A stretch of 64,000 nucleotides of DNA, taken from the NCBI GenBank assembly GCA_963674695.2, contig CAXXGI010000003.1:896001-960000 (forward strand). The letters are read 5' to 3'. Within the stretch, counting starts at the first letter, position 1. Every line of letters starts with the position of its first letter. Positions 52,687-64,000 of the stretch are shown in pieces. A program made the translations under genes and the position numbers. Below the pieces are notes generated by a model. That model was not told where the DNA came from. It saw only the letters and a list, made by a program, of their open reading frames with translations, and ran no database searches. The DNA comes from a bacterium (lineage in GTDB: Bacteria; UBA10199; 2-02-FULL-44-16; JAAZCA01).

Positions 52687-53577
52687 CTATTTGCCTTTCG
52701 CAATGGGTTTCCCGAGCATATCTTCGAGCACCGGACGAAGCGTCACGAGATGACCCTGCCCACAGACCACCATCACCCGATCATGGGCATTCAGAGCAGC
52801 TGCAATTGTATCCGCGATGTGTCGATCCCGAATGCGACCGATGGTGCGCGACATCGCATGCAGAAAGCCCGAGGAATGCGACGGGCTGATGTCGTTGTGA
52901 TCGAACGTATCGACGACCAATTTCCGGCCTGTTCGCTTTAGATACCACCGACGGAATGCGTCGAGGTCGAAGGCGATATCCATCTTGAGACGCTCTTGTC
53001 GGACCTTCACATGATGAAGGAAAGCCTTCTCATCCTTGTAGACAACCGTCTCCCCCGACCGGCGATAGTACGGTATTTCTCTCAATACATAGAATCCGAT
53101 AATATCGGTTTCTGAAAAACCGGAAGCCAGAAGCGCCTTCTTCACTTCGACATCGGAGACCTCGATCCCCGCATAGGGAATATCGCTGAGAAGAGCGACG
53201 GAGACAGCAAACATGTCTTCGCCACACCGCTGAAAACAATCCTTGCGACAATCGATTATCCGATCGATCAATTGAAAGTTCTGTGCATCCGTTTCAGCGA
53301 TCCCCTCCACAAGAATGATTTGAGGACGGAAAGTCGAAACCTGTCGTTGTATCAATCGAAACGTATCAGACGACAAACCGACCTCATGTTCCGTTGCGAT
53401 AAACAGGAGTTGTTTTCCGCCATTTTGAAAACGCGAAAAATAGGGCTGGCGAAACGGCTCCCGACTATAGCGTTCCTGCGACCCGTCGTTGATCAACGAC
53501 GGCTTGACCCGAAACGCCTTCGATGCTGCACACGACATCAGAAGGATGACGCCAATAATGATACAACACGCCCTCAT
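52687..53577 (-). CDS. Hypothetical lipoprotein
   Basis: Lipobox LMSC; TEH, ILVEG and VCGQGH motifs are reminiscent of the TraB/TIKI/EreA-like fold (weak). Confidence 0.65.
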   Translation of the reverse strand: MRACCIIIGVILLMSCAASKAFRVKPSLINDGSQERYSREPFRQPYFSRFQNGGKQLLFIATEHEVGLSSDTFRLIQRQVSTFRPQIILVEGIAETDAQNFQLIDRIIDCRKDCFQRCGEDMFAVSVALLSDIPYAGIEVSDVEVKKALLASGFSETDIIGFYVLREIPYYRRSGETVVYKDEKAFLHHVKVRQERLKMDIAFDLDAFRRWYLKRTGRKLVVDTFDHNDISPSHSSGFLHAMSRTIGRIRDRHIADTIAAALNAHDRVMVVCGQGHLVTLRPVLEDMLGKPIAKGK

Positions 53578-53593
53578 ATCGCCTCATCGAACA

Positions 53594-54649
53594 TCACTTT
53601 TTCTCGATCGTTTGCTTCTTTCTCCCCTCCAACTGCCTTTCAATCTGAACCAGCTCCTCGTCGTCGGTCAGGGCCTCCGCCTCGGCTTCGCGCTGAAGCC
53701 GTGCGGCATGAAAGGATTCATACTGCTCGACGGCCAGGCGATCAGCGACTGCTTTTGAAACCGTGCCTGCGTCCTGCAACAGATCGCGCTCGTTGAACTG
53801 CAGAAAGGCATCGAGCTTCTCGCGCCAGTCGTGCATGAAGATCTGTCGATGCCGCATGGCCTGATCCTCGGCGAAATCGAGGTACATGACGACGATGCGG
53901 TTGAGCTGTTCGATCTCCTCGACATTGAGATAGTTCTTCGCAACGGTGACGTCTTGACGCCGGACCTTCGCTCCTTTCCAGGCGGTCAACCCCATATTCG
54001 GTTTGGTCGCATCGGCGCGCTCGGCGATCAGCTCAGCGGCGGTCTTTCCGGAAATGGCGAAGTGAAGTTTGTTCTGCACGATCTTGAAAAACTCGATCGT
54101 CTCCTCAGCGCGGGGATCATAATCGACGGCGAGCTTGTAGATATCCCGAACCTTCTGATAGAAGCGCTTATCGCTGGCCCGGATGTCGCGGATGCGTTCG
54201 AGGAGTTCATCGAAATAATCCGACCCGAGATTGGTCCCCTCCTTGAGCCGCTCGTCGTCCATCGTGAAGCCTTTGACGAGGTACTCGTGTAAGCGCTCCG
54301 TCGCCCAACGACGAAATTCAACGCCGCGCCGCGAACGAACCCGGTAGCCTACAGCCAAGATGGCGGGAAGATTGTAGAATTTTACGTTTCGCTCAACCTG
54401 GCGCGATCCTTCTCGGCGAACTATTAAGAAATCCTTAATAGTTGCCTCCTTCGACAACTCTCCATCCGAAAATATGCCTTTAAGATGCGCGTTTATGTTC
54501 GGAACCGTCGTCTGATATAATTCGGCCATGCCGGCTTGGGTCAGCAAGACCGTTTCCTCTTCCAGCCGCACTTCTATCCGATTCCTGCCATCCTCCGTGC
54601 GATAGAAGATGATCTCGCCGCCGGGCTCATTGGTGACCAGATGATTCAT
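53594..54649 (-). CDS. rhuM: Virulence RhuM family protein
   Basis: LTQAGMAELY, YNLPAILAVGYRVRS, FRRWA, KGFTMDDERLK, IRDIRASDKRFYQK, VAKNYL. Confidence 0.92.
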   Translation of the reverse strand: MNHLVTNEPGGEIIFYRTEDGRNRIEVRLEEETVLLTQAGMAELYQTTVPNINAHLKGIFSDGELSKEATIKDFLIVRREGSRQVERNVKFYNLPAILAVGYRVRSRRGVEFRRWATERLHEYLVKGFTMDDERLKEGTNLGSDYFDELLERIRDIRASDKRFYQKVRDIYKLAVDYDPRAEETIEFFKIVQNKLHFAISGKTAAELIAERADATKPNMGLTAWKGAKVRRQDVTVAKNYLNVEEIEQLNRIVVMYLDFAEDQAMRHRQIFMHDWREKLDAFLQFNERDLLQDAGTVSKAVADRLAVEQYESFHAARLQREAEAEALTDDEELVQIERQLEGRKKQTIEKK

Positions 54650-54749
54650 GCCATCACCTCTTTCCAACCAGGGTATGAACGTGCGTCATCTTTCCCCGCT
54701 GCCCGTTCACATATCAAGGCAAATATGGAAGGAAGACACATATACAGAT

Positions 54750-54780
54750 GGATCCCCGATAGGACCGTTCGGGGATGACA
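54750..54780. repeat. Single REP-like palindrome (copy E)
   Basis: GGATCCCCGATAGGACCGTTCGGGGATGACA. Confidence 0.6.
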
Positions 54781-54797
54781 AGCGTGCAGGGTGGCGT

Positions 54798-57992
<3,195 letters not shown>

Positions 57993-58000
57993 AATAATGC

Positions 58001-58166
58001 GCCAGTCAGGCTAGTCAGGCTAGTCAGGCTAGTCAGGCTAGTCAGGCTAGTCAGGCTAGTCAGGCTAGTCAGGCTAGTCAGGCTAGTCAGGCTAGTCAGG
58101 CAAAAACGATCTTGATTCATGCTGTCAACCTTTCTCGCCTGACTGGCTTGACTGGCCTTTCTCGCC
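58001..58166. repeat. 9-bp VNTR (11 units) plus inverted arm
   Basis: GCCAGTCAG + (GCTAGTCAG)10 at 58001-58099; inverted units ctttctcgc ctgactggc ttgactggc ctttctcgc at ~58130-58166. Confidence 0.92.
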
Positions 58167-58168
58167 TT

Positions 58169-59257
58169 TCACAGCGTTGCCACAAACTCATCGAACAGCC
58201 AGCCGGTATCCACCGGACCCGGCATCGCCTCGGGGTGAAACTGCACGCTCATAATCGGCCGGGACGCGTGCCGCATGCCTTCATTGGTACCGTCATTGAG
58301 ATTGGTAAACCAGGCCTCGTATCCATCGGGGAGCGAGGCGACATCGACCGCAAACCCATGGTTCTGCGAGGTGATGTAACAGCGATTTTTCCCCTCCACG
58401 CGGGCCGGCTGATTCTGCCCGCGATGACCATAGGGAAGTTTGAAGGTCTTGGCCCCCGCCGCGAGCGCGAGCATCTGGTGCCCGAGGCAGATGCCAAAGG
58501 CGGGCAGCCCCGCCGCGATCACCTTGCGCGCGGTCTCGATGGTGGCGCCGCAATCGGTCGGGTCGCCCGGGCCGTTGGAGAAGAGCACGCCGTCGACATC
58601 GATCGTGGTGACATCGAAGTCCCACGGGACACGCACGACCGAGAGCCCGCGTTTGAGGAGACTGGCGATGATCGTGTTCTTGCAACCACAATCGATGACC
58701 GCCACGCGCTTGCCGCCCCCCTCATACGTGTGCGCCTCCGGCGTGGAGACCTCGGCCACGACGTGCCTTGCGGGGAGCGCATCGACGCTCGCCTCGGGAT
58801 CATCCGTGATGATCCCGGCCATCGTCCCCTGCTCGCGCAAGCGCTTGGTGATCGCGCGCGTATCCACGCCCTGAATCCCCGGAACGCCCTGCTCCTGCAA
58901 GAGGTCGGAGAGCCCGCGCGCCGCGGTCCAATGCGAGTGAAATTCGGAGTATTCAGAGACGACGAGCCCCGCCAGGTGCACCTTTCCCGATTCGTAGAAG
59001 CTGGAGAGCTCTTGGCCAAAATCGGCGGGAACGCCGTAGTTGCCGATGAGCGGATAGGTGAGCGCCAGGATCTGGGCACGGTAGGAGGGATCGGTGAACG
59101 ACTCCGGGTACCCCACCATGCCCGTGTTGAAGACGACCTCGCCATGAGCGAGGCCTTCAGCCCCAAAAGAAAAACCGCCAAACCGGCTGCCATCCTCAAG
59201 AATGAGGGTAACAGATTTTCGGTCCGACGATTTGGTCAAGGGCCGCTGATGTGTCAT
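58169..59257 (-). CDS. carA: Carbamoyl-phosphate synthase small subunit
   Basis: GEVVFNTGMVGY, SNGPGDP, GICLGHQ, SQNHG, VQFHPE. Confidence 0.98.
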   Translation of the reverse strand: MTHQRPLTKSSDRKSVTLILEDGSRFGGFSFGAEGLAHGEVVFNTGMVGYPESFTDPSYRAQILALTYPLIGNYGVPADFGQELSSFYESGKVHLAGLVVSEYSEFHSHWTAARGLSDLLQEQGVPGIQGVDTRAITKRLREQGTMAGIITDDPEASVDALPARHVVAEVSTPEAHTYEGGGKRVAVIDCGCKNTIIASLLKRGLSVVRVPWDFDVTTIDVDGVLFSNGPGDPTDCGATIETARKVIAAGLPAFGICLGHQMLALAAGAKTFKLPYGHRGQNQPARVEGKNRCYITSQNHGFAVDVASLPDGYEAWFTNLNDGTNEGMRHASRPIMSVQFHPEAMPGPVDTGWLFDEFVATL

Positions 59258-59372
59258 CGATTGCGGGGGTGACTATTGTGTTTTGATGCCGACGTCAACT
59301 GGAAATGCGCCAAAGACGCCCCCATGCTTTTTCCTTGATCTCTCCCCTTCAGAGGTATTGATTGCGATCCCC

Positions 59373-61013
59373 ATGAACGATGCCCTCCATCAGATTCTCC
59401 TGCTCTTCGGCATGGCCATGTTCTTCGGCCTGACCGGAGGAAAGCTCTTCCGCTATTTTCGGATCCCTCAGGTCGTCGGATACATCACCATCGGCATCGT
59501 CCTGGGCGTGTCCGGCATCGGCATCTTCGACCGGGATACCATCGCCATGCTGGGCCCCTTCACCGACTTCGCCCTGGGACTCATCGGCTTCATGATCGGG
59601 GGGGAGATCAAGGTCTCCACCTTCCGGAAGTACGGCAAGAAGATCATCACGATCCTCCTCTTCGAGGGACTGCTCACCTATCTGCTCGTCGGCGCCGCGA
59701 TCTATCTCTTCACGAGGAACGTGCCGCTGGCCATCCTGCTGGCAGCGCTCGCCTCGGCGACCGCACCGGCCGCGACCGTCGACGTCATCTGGGAATGCCG
59801 GGCCAAGGGAATTCTGGCCACCTCCATCATCGCCATCGTGGCCCTCGACGACGGGCTCTCGCTGATCCTCTATGCGCTGTCGAAGGTCTTCGCCGAGAGC
59901 GCCATCACCGGCAGGGAATTCTCGGTCCTGGGTTCGCTGGCCCATCCGCTGCTCGAGCTGGGCGGTTCGTTGGCCATCGGCGTCGGGATGGGTTTTCTCA
60001 TCATCCTCCTGCTCAAGCGCATCCATGAGATCCGCGAGAAGGAGAGCTTCATCGTCATCGCACTCGGTGCCATCCTCGTCACCAGCGGCATCGCCTCGAT
60101 CTTCAACTTCGACCTCATCCTCTGCAACATGGTGCTCGGAACCACACTCATCAACGCGAGTCCGAAACGGAGCCAATTCCTCTTCTCTATCACGAAACAG
60201 ATCTCCGCACCGGTCTACGTCATCTTCTTCGTCCTCATCGGGGCACGGCTCCAGGTCGCCACGCTCGCCAGCATGGGGGCGGTCGGCGTCATCTACCTCA
60301 TCTTTCGGACAGCGGGAAAGATGGGCGGGGCTTATCTGGGCGCAAAGGTCTCCCATGCCGATGCGAATGTGCGTCGCTACCTCGGCTCCTCGCTCTTCTC
60401 ACAGGCCGGCGTCGCCATCGGGCTTGCCATCGCCATCTACCAGAGCATGAGCACCATGGGCCCGGAAGCCGAAGCGCTCGGGCTCTTCATCCTCAACGTG
60501 ATCACGGCTACCACGTTCATCGTCCAGATCATCGGCCCTCCCTCGGTGCGGTGGTCGCTGAAAAAAGCCGGCGAAATGGGCCGCGCGATGAGTGAGGAAG
60601 AGGTCCTCGACGCGCACACCGTTTCGGAGATCATGACGACGGAGCCGACGATCATCCGCGAAGCCGACAGCTACGCCACGGTGATGGAGTGCCTGAAACA
60701 CAACGAATACGTCTATTTCCCGGTCGTGGATGATGCGGATCACTTCAAAGGCGCGATCCAGCTCGACAACATCCGCTCCATCCTCTTCGAGGAGGAACTC
60801 ATCCCCTTCATCAGAGCCGCCGATATGACGATCAGCGACATCACCACCGTCACGCCGGAGATGAAATTGAGCAAAGCGAACGAGCTCTTCGAATTCGAGG
60901 AATACGACTACCTGCCCGTCCTCGATGGAGAACAGAAACTCCAGGGCGTCCTGCCTCGCCGCAGCCTCAACAAATTCATCAAACGCATGCTGTGGAAGTC
61001 GGAACTGGAGTAG
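59373..61013 (+). CDS. Cation:proton antiporter with C-terminal CBS pair
   Basis: About 12 TM helices, ATAPAAT, VALDD, FFVLIG, QAGVAIG; two CBS domains. Confidence 0.9.
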   Translation: MNDALHQILLLFGMAMFFGLTGGKLFRYFRIPQVVGYITIGIVLGVSGIGIFDRDTIAMLGPFTDFALGLIGFMIGGEIKVSTFRKYGKKIITILLFEGLLTYLLVGAAIYLFTRNVPLAILLAALASATAPAATVDVIWECRAKGILATSIIAIVALDDGLSLILYALSKVFAESAITGREFSVLGSLAHPLLELGGSLAIGVGMGFLIILLLKRIHEIREKESFIVIALGAILVTSGIASIFNFDLILCNMVLGTTLINASPKRSQFLFSITKQISAPVYVIFFVLIGARLQVATLASMGAVGVIYLIFRTAGKMGGAYLGAKVSHADANVRRYLGSSLFSQAGVAIGLAIAIYQSMSTMGPEAEALGLFILNVITATTFIVQIIGPPSVRWSLKKAGEMGRAMSEEEVLDAHTVSEIMTTEPTIIREADSYATVMECLKHNEYVYFPVVDDADHFKGAIQLDNIRSILFEEELIPFIRAADMTISDITTVTPEMKLSKANELFEFEEYDYLPVLDGEQKLQGVLPRRSLNKFIKRMLWKSELE

Positions 61014-61204
61014 AAGCCCGCAAGAGCAATTCGATAAACCCCCTGCAATTCAAGCTGCTGGGACATAAGCGTACACACTCCTTGAGAAATCTGGTGTAAC
61101 CCTATTGTAGCAAAGGGCTTTTCGTGGTATCTATATATCCACGAAAGAGGCGGTTGTACGCGCAATTCAGTATTTCACCATCATTTCGAAAGGTTAGGGC
61201 ATCC

Positions 61205-62986
61205 ATGGACATCCTCCCCCGTTTCCTCCGTCTGAGCGGCATGCTTCTCATCCTGGCGGGGCTCCTCTTCACGACCTCCTGCGGGCATTCGACGAGTGGC
61301 CAGTTGATGGACCCAGATTTTCTGCCGGAGCCGATCGCACCGGCCATCTCGCCCCCGGCCGATTCCGACGGCGATGGCGTGATCGACCCGATGGACAACT
61401 GCCCGGCGGTGGAAAACCCCGGCCAGGAGGACTTCGATTCCGACGGTGATGGCAACGCCTGCGACGATGACATGGACGGCGACGAGATCGCCGACGACCT
61501 CGACAACTGCCCCACCGTCGCCAACAACGCCCAGACCGATTCCGACGGCGACGGCACGGGCGATGCCTGCGACGATCTCTTCGATGACGCCGATGCCGAC
61601 GGCGTGGGCGACGGGGCGGACAACTGCGTGGATGATGTCAATGCCGCCCAGACCGACACCGACGGCGATGGCATCGGCGATATCTGTGATGACGATCTCG
61701 ACGGCGACGGCGTGGACAACGGGGCGGACAACTGCGCTGATCAGGCCAATGCGGGGCAGACCGACACCGACGGCGATGGCGCGGGCGATGCCTGTGATGA
61801 TGATGACGACGATGACGGCGTCTTCGATGCGGATGACAACTGTCGGCTCGTGGTCAACCCGGGACAGGCCGACACCGACGGCGATGGCGTCGGCGATGAC
61901 TGCGATGGCGACGACGATGGCGACGGCGTCCTCGATGGAGCCGATAACTGCCCGATAACGGCCAACAACGACCAGGTCGACACCGATGGCGATGGCTTTG
62001 GAAACGCCTGCGATGAGGATGATGACGGCGATGGCGTGCTCGATGCCGCACCGGACAACTGCCTGCTCGTGGTCAATCCCGCTCAGGGCGACCATGACGG
62101 CGACGGTATCGGCGATGCCTGCGACGGCGACGACGATGGCGATGGCGTGCTCGACGGCGTCGACAACTGCCCGATGGACGCCAATGCCGATCAGTCCGAC
62201 ATCGATGGCGACGGCCTCGGGGATGTCTGTGACAACGACATCGACGGCGACGGCGTGGACAACGGCGGCGACAACTGTCCGGTCGATGTGAACGCCGGCC
62301 AGGAGGACTTGGACGCCGACGGCGCAGGCGACGTCTGCGACGACGACGATGACGATGACGGCGTGCTCGACGTGGCGGACAACTGCCCGGTCGTTGTCAA
62401 CGCCGGCCAGGAGGACAACGACGCCGACGGCGCAGGCGATGTCTGCGACGATGACGACGATAACGACACCGTTCTCGACGTGGCGGATAACTGCCCGTGG
62501 ACGGCCAACACCGACCAGGTCAACGCCGATGGCGATGTCTATGATCCGGCGAACCCCTCCACCGGAGGCGATGTCTGCGACGACGACGACGACAACGACG
62601 GCATCCTCGACGATGGCGACGGCTCCGGTATCGTGGGCGATACCCCCTGCGCGGGCGTCGGTTCGGCTGCGGGTGGAACGGCCGCCGGATGCGACGACAA
62701 CTGCCGCATCGCCTTCAACGCCGACCAGATCGATATCGACAGCGATGGCATCGGCAACACCTGCGACGACGATCGGGATAACGACAACATCCTCAACGCG
62801 GATGACAACTGCCCGTTCATGTGGAATCCGAATCAGGGCAACTTCGACCTAGGATTTGCGGAGATGATCGGCCCCAACGGTGCCGCTTCAGGCGACGCCT
62901 ACGGCGATGTCTGCGATCCGGACGATGATGCCGATAGCGTCCTCGATTTTCAGGATGAATGTCCCTACAGCCGGGACTGCAACTGA
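61205..62986 (+). CDS. Thrombospondin type 3 repeat lipoprotein (Ca-binding)
   Basis: Lipobox FTTSC; repeated DxDxDGxxDxxDNCPxxxNxxQxDxDxDGxGDxCD units over the whole mature protein. Confidence 0.92.
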   Translation: MDILPRFLRLSGMLLILAGLLFTTSCGHSTSGQLMDPDFLPEPIAPAISPPADSDGDGVIDPMDNCPAVENPGQEDFDSDGDGNACDDDMDGDEIADDLDNCPTVANNAQTDSDGDGTGDACDDLFDDADADGVGDGADNCVDDVNAAQTDTDGDGIGDICDDDLDGDGVDNGADNCADQANAGQTDTDGDGAGDACDDDDDDDGVFDADDNCRLVVNPGQADTDGDGVGDDCDGDDDGDGVLDGADNCPITANNDQVDTDGDGFGNACDEDDDGDGVLDAAPDNCLLVVNPAQGDHDGDGIGDACDGDDDGDGVLDGVDNCPMDANADQSDIDGDGLGDVCDNDIDGDGVDNGGDNCPVDVNAGQEDLDADGAGDVCDDDDDDDGVLDVADNCPVVVNAGQEDNDADGAGDVCDDDDDNDTVLDVADNCPWTANTDQVNADGDVYDPANPSTGGDVCDDDDDNDGILDDGDGSGIVGDTPCAGVGSAAGGTAAGCDDNCRIAFNADQIDIDSDGIGNTCDDDRDNDNILNADDNCPFMWNPNQGNFDLGFAEMIGPNGAASGDAYGDVCDPDDDADSVLDFQDECPYSRDCN

Positions 62987-63021
62987 TGTCGTAACAACGG
63001 GAAAACCTTGTGTTTTACCCC

Positions 63022-63050
63022 ACGCCGGGCCTTCGGGCTCGGCGTTTTTT
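63022..63050 (+). terminator. Intrinsic terminator
   Basis: ACGCCGGGCC-TTCG-GGCTCGGCGTTTTTT. Confidence 0.85.
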
Positions 63051-63107
63051 GTCCACAATATGATATTGTCTCTTCAAAAAATGCGCCGATCGTACTAGGG
63101 TTTGAGC

Positions 63108-64000
63108 ATGTCCGACCTCTCCATCACCACGGCCGGTCCGGCGCTACCGCAACCCCTCTCCTCCCAAGCGGAGGATGACCTCATCCTTGAGCTCCCTCCG
63201 GATGACCAGATCGTTCGGATGTCGGAAGCGGAATACGGCGCCCTCATCGGGAAGGGAGCGATCACCCACTTGGAGGAGGTCGGCCAGATTCCGACCGAGA
63301 CCGATATCGTCAAGGTCGTGCGCAACACCGAGACGGGTGAGGTCACCTATATCTCCCACCGCATGGGATTGAATACCTTTCACCTCGCCTTCAACGGCAC
63401 GCACCACTCCTTCACCAAGGCCCTCACGCTTGAAGGAGAAATAGGACTCGATCTCGCCTTCGCCGACCACTGGCGCTGGGTCACTCTGATAAAAGGAAAA
63501 TACGATCGGCTGGCCAAACAGGAACGCATCGAAGGCATGAGTGAAATCGATTACGCCTTCGACCGCTCGTGGGATCTCGGCATCAACGGCAGCTATCTGC
63601 ACTATCCAACCGAAGGGTACGATCATTCGGTACAGGTCCTGGGCGGCCCTCGCTATACGGCGCCGATCTTCCCCGGGAAACTCGGCAACCTCGACCGGAA
63701 AAACGAATTCTACATCAGCCAATACTTCGGCTACGACTATACTGACCCCTGGTTTGTCTATTCACCGGGACTCGAGCCGGGAGTCAAACAGGGCCACCTG
63801 GCCATCTCATCGAGCCGCATCAAATATCAGCAGGACTTTGGTTTTGGGCGGATCAAGGCCATCGCACAGTTCACCCAGGACCTCATGCGCGATCCGACGC
63901 TGCATATCTTTAACTCCGAGGCGCTCTTCTTTCTGGAGGGAGCGCTCACGCTGACGCAAGTGGATGGATTCAAACTGGAAGCGGTCATCGCCGACGCGCT
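63108..64000 (+). CDS. Hypothetical protein, beta-strand rich (barrel-like); partial, runs off the window
   Basis: Not in the ORF track. Hand translation open from ATG 63108 to the end: MSDLSITTAGPALPQ...EIDYAFDRSWDLGINGSYLH...QVLGGPRY...SRIKYQQDF. Confidence 0.7.
   Translation, partial: MSDLSITTAGPALPQPLSSQAEDDLILELPPDDQIVRMSEAEYGALIGKGAITHLEEVGQIPTETDIVKVVRNTETGEVTYISHRMGLNTFHLAFNGTHHSFTKALTLEGEIGLDLAFADHWRWVTLIKGKYDRLAKQERIEGMSEIDYAFDRSWDLGINGSYLHYPTEGYDHSVQVLGGPRYTAPIFPGKLGNLDRKNEFYISQYFGYDYTDPWFVYSPGLEPGVKQGHLAISSSRIKYQQDFGFGRIKAIAQFTQDLMRDPTLHIFNSEALFFLEGALTLTQVDGFKLEAVIADA

Noticed and set aside
58001-58099. Possible CRISPR array
   Set aside because: Contiguous 9-bp units without spacers; no cas genes in the window
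61370-62960. Nucleotide repeats as a non-coding repeat element
   Set aside because: Fully explained by in-frame TSP3 protein repeats
63144-63954. Track ORFs 63144-63722 (-) and 63541-63954 (+)
   Set aside because: A longer plus-strand frame from 63108 is open to the window end and reads more like a protein

Overview
About 60% GC bacterial chromosome segment. The 16S sequence and gene content look Deltaproteobacteria-like (Myxococcota/Desulfobacterota neighbourhood; inferred, not searched). From left to right: (1) a ~17 kb minus-strand signalling operon with 5 PAS histidine kinases, 3 PAS sensors lacking an output domain, 2 stand-alone receivers and a partial ion-channel gene; (2) TM2, HEAT-repeat, trmL, GNAT and lipoprotein genes; (3) a repeat-rich accessory patch (20.3-24.0 kb) with a GNAT, a gene remnant, a low-GC DUF3010-like/Ser-Thr kinase pair and two head-to-head four-helix-bundle paralogues joined by a 31-bp-arm palindrome; (4) a complete minus-strand rRNA operon (16S, tRNA-Ile, tRNA-Ala, 23S, 5S) whose 23S carries two heptamer-repeat hairpin insertions; (5) housekeeping genes tyrS, ymdB-like, rny, 5-FTHF cyclo-ligase, 6S RNA, zapA and rnr; (6) a sigma54 activator with its own sigma54 promoter, a histone-like DUF4912 protein, a kinase-NTPase-TPR protein, clpB, yjbQ, cstA, Fic, RhuM, carB, carA, a CPA-CBS antiporter, a TSP3-repeat lipoprotein and a partial barrel-like ORF. 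Best candidates for an undescribed system: a putative split sensor/kinase network built on two recurring coiled-coil motifs (GRExRIIxLKxEIN tails on orphan sensors, RAVLSML(E/D)DVE linkers in kinases), and the four-helix-bundle locus with its repeat-hairpin family that also occurs in the rRNA operon. All family assignments come from motif recognition; no database search was run.
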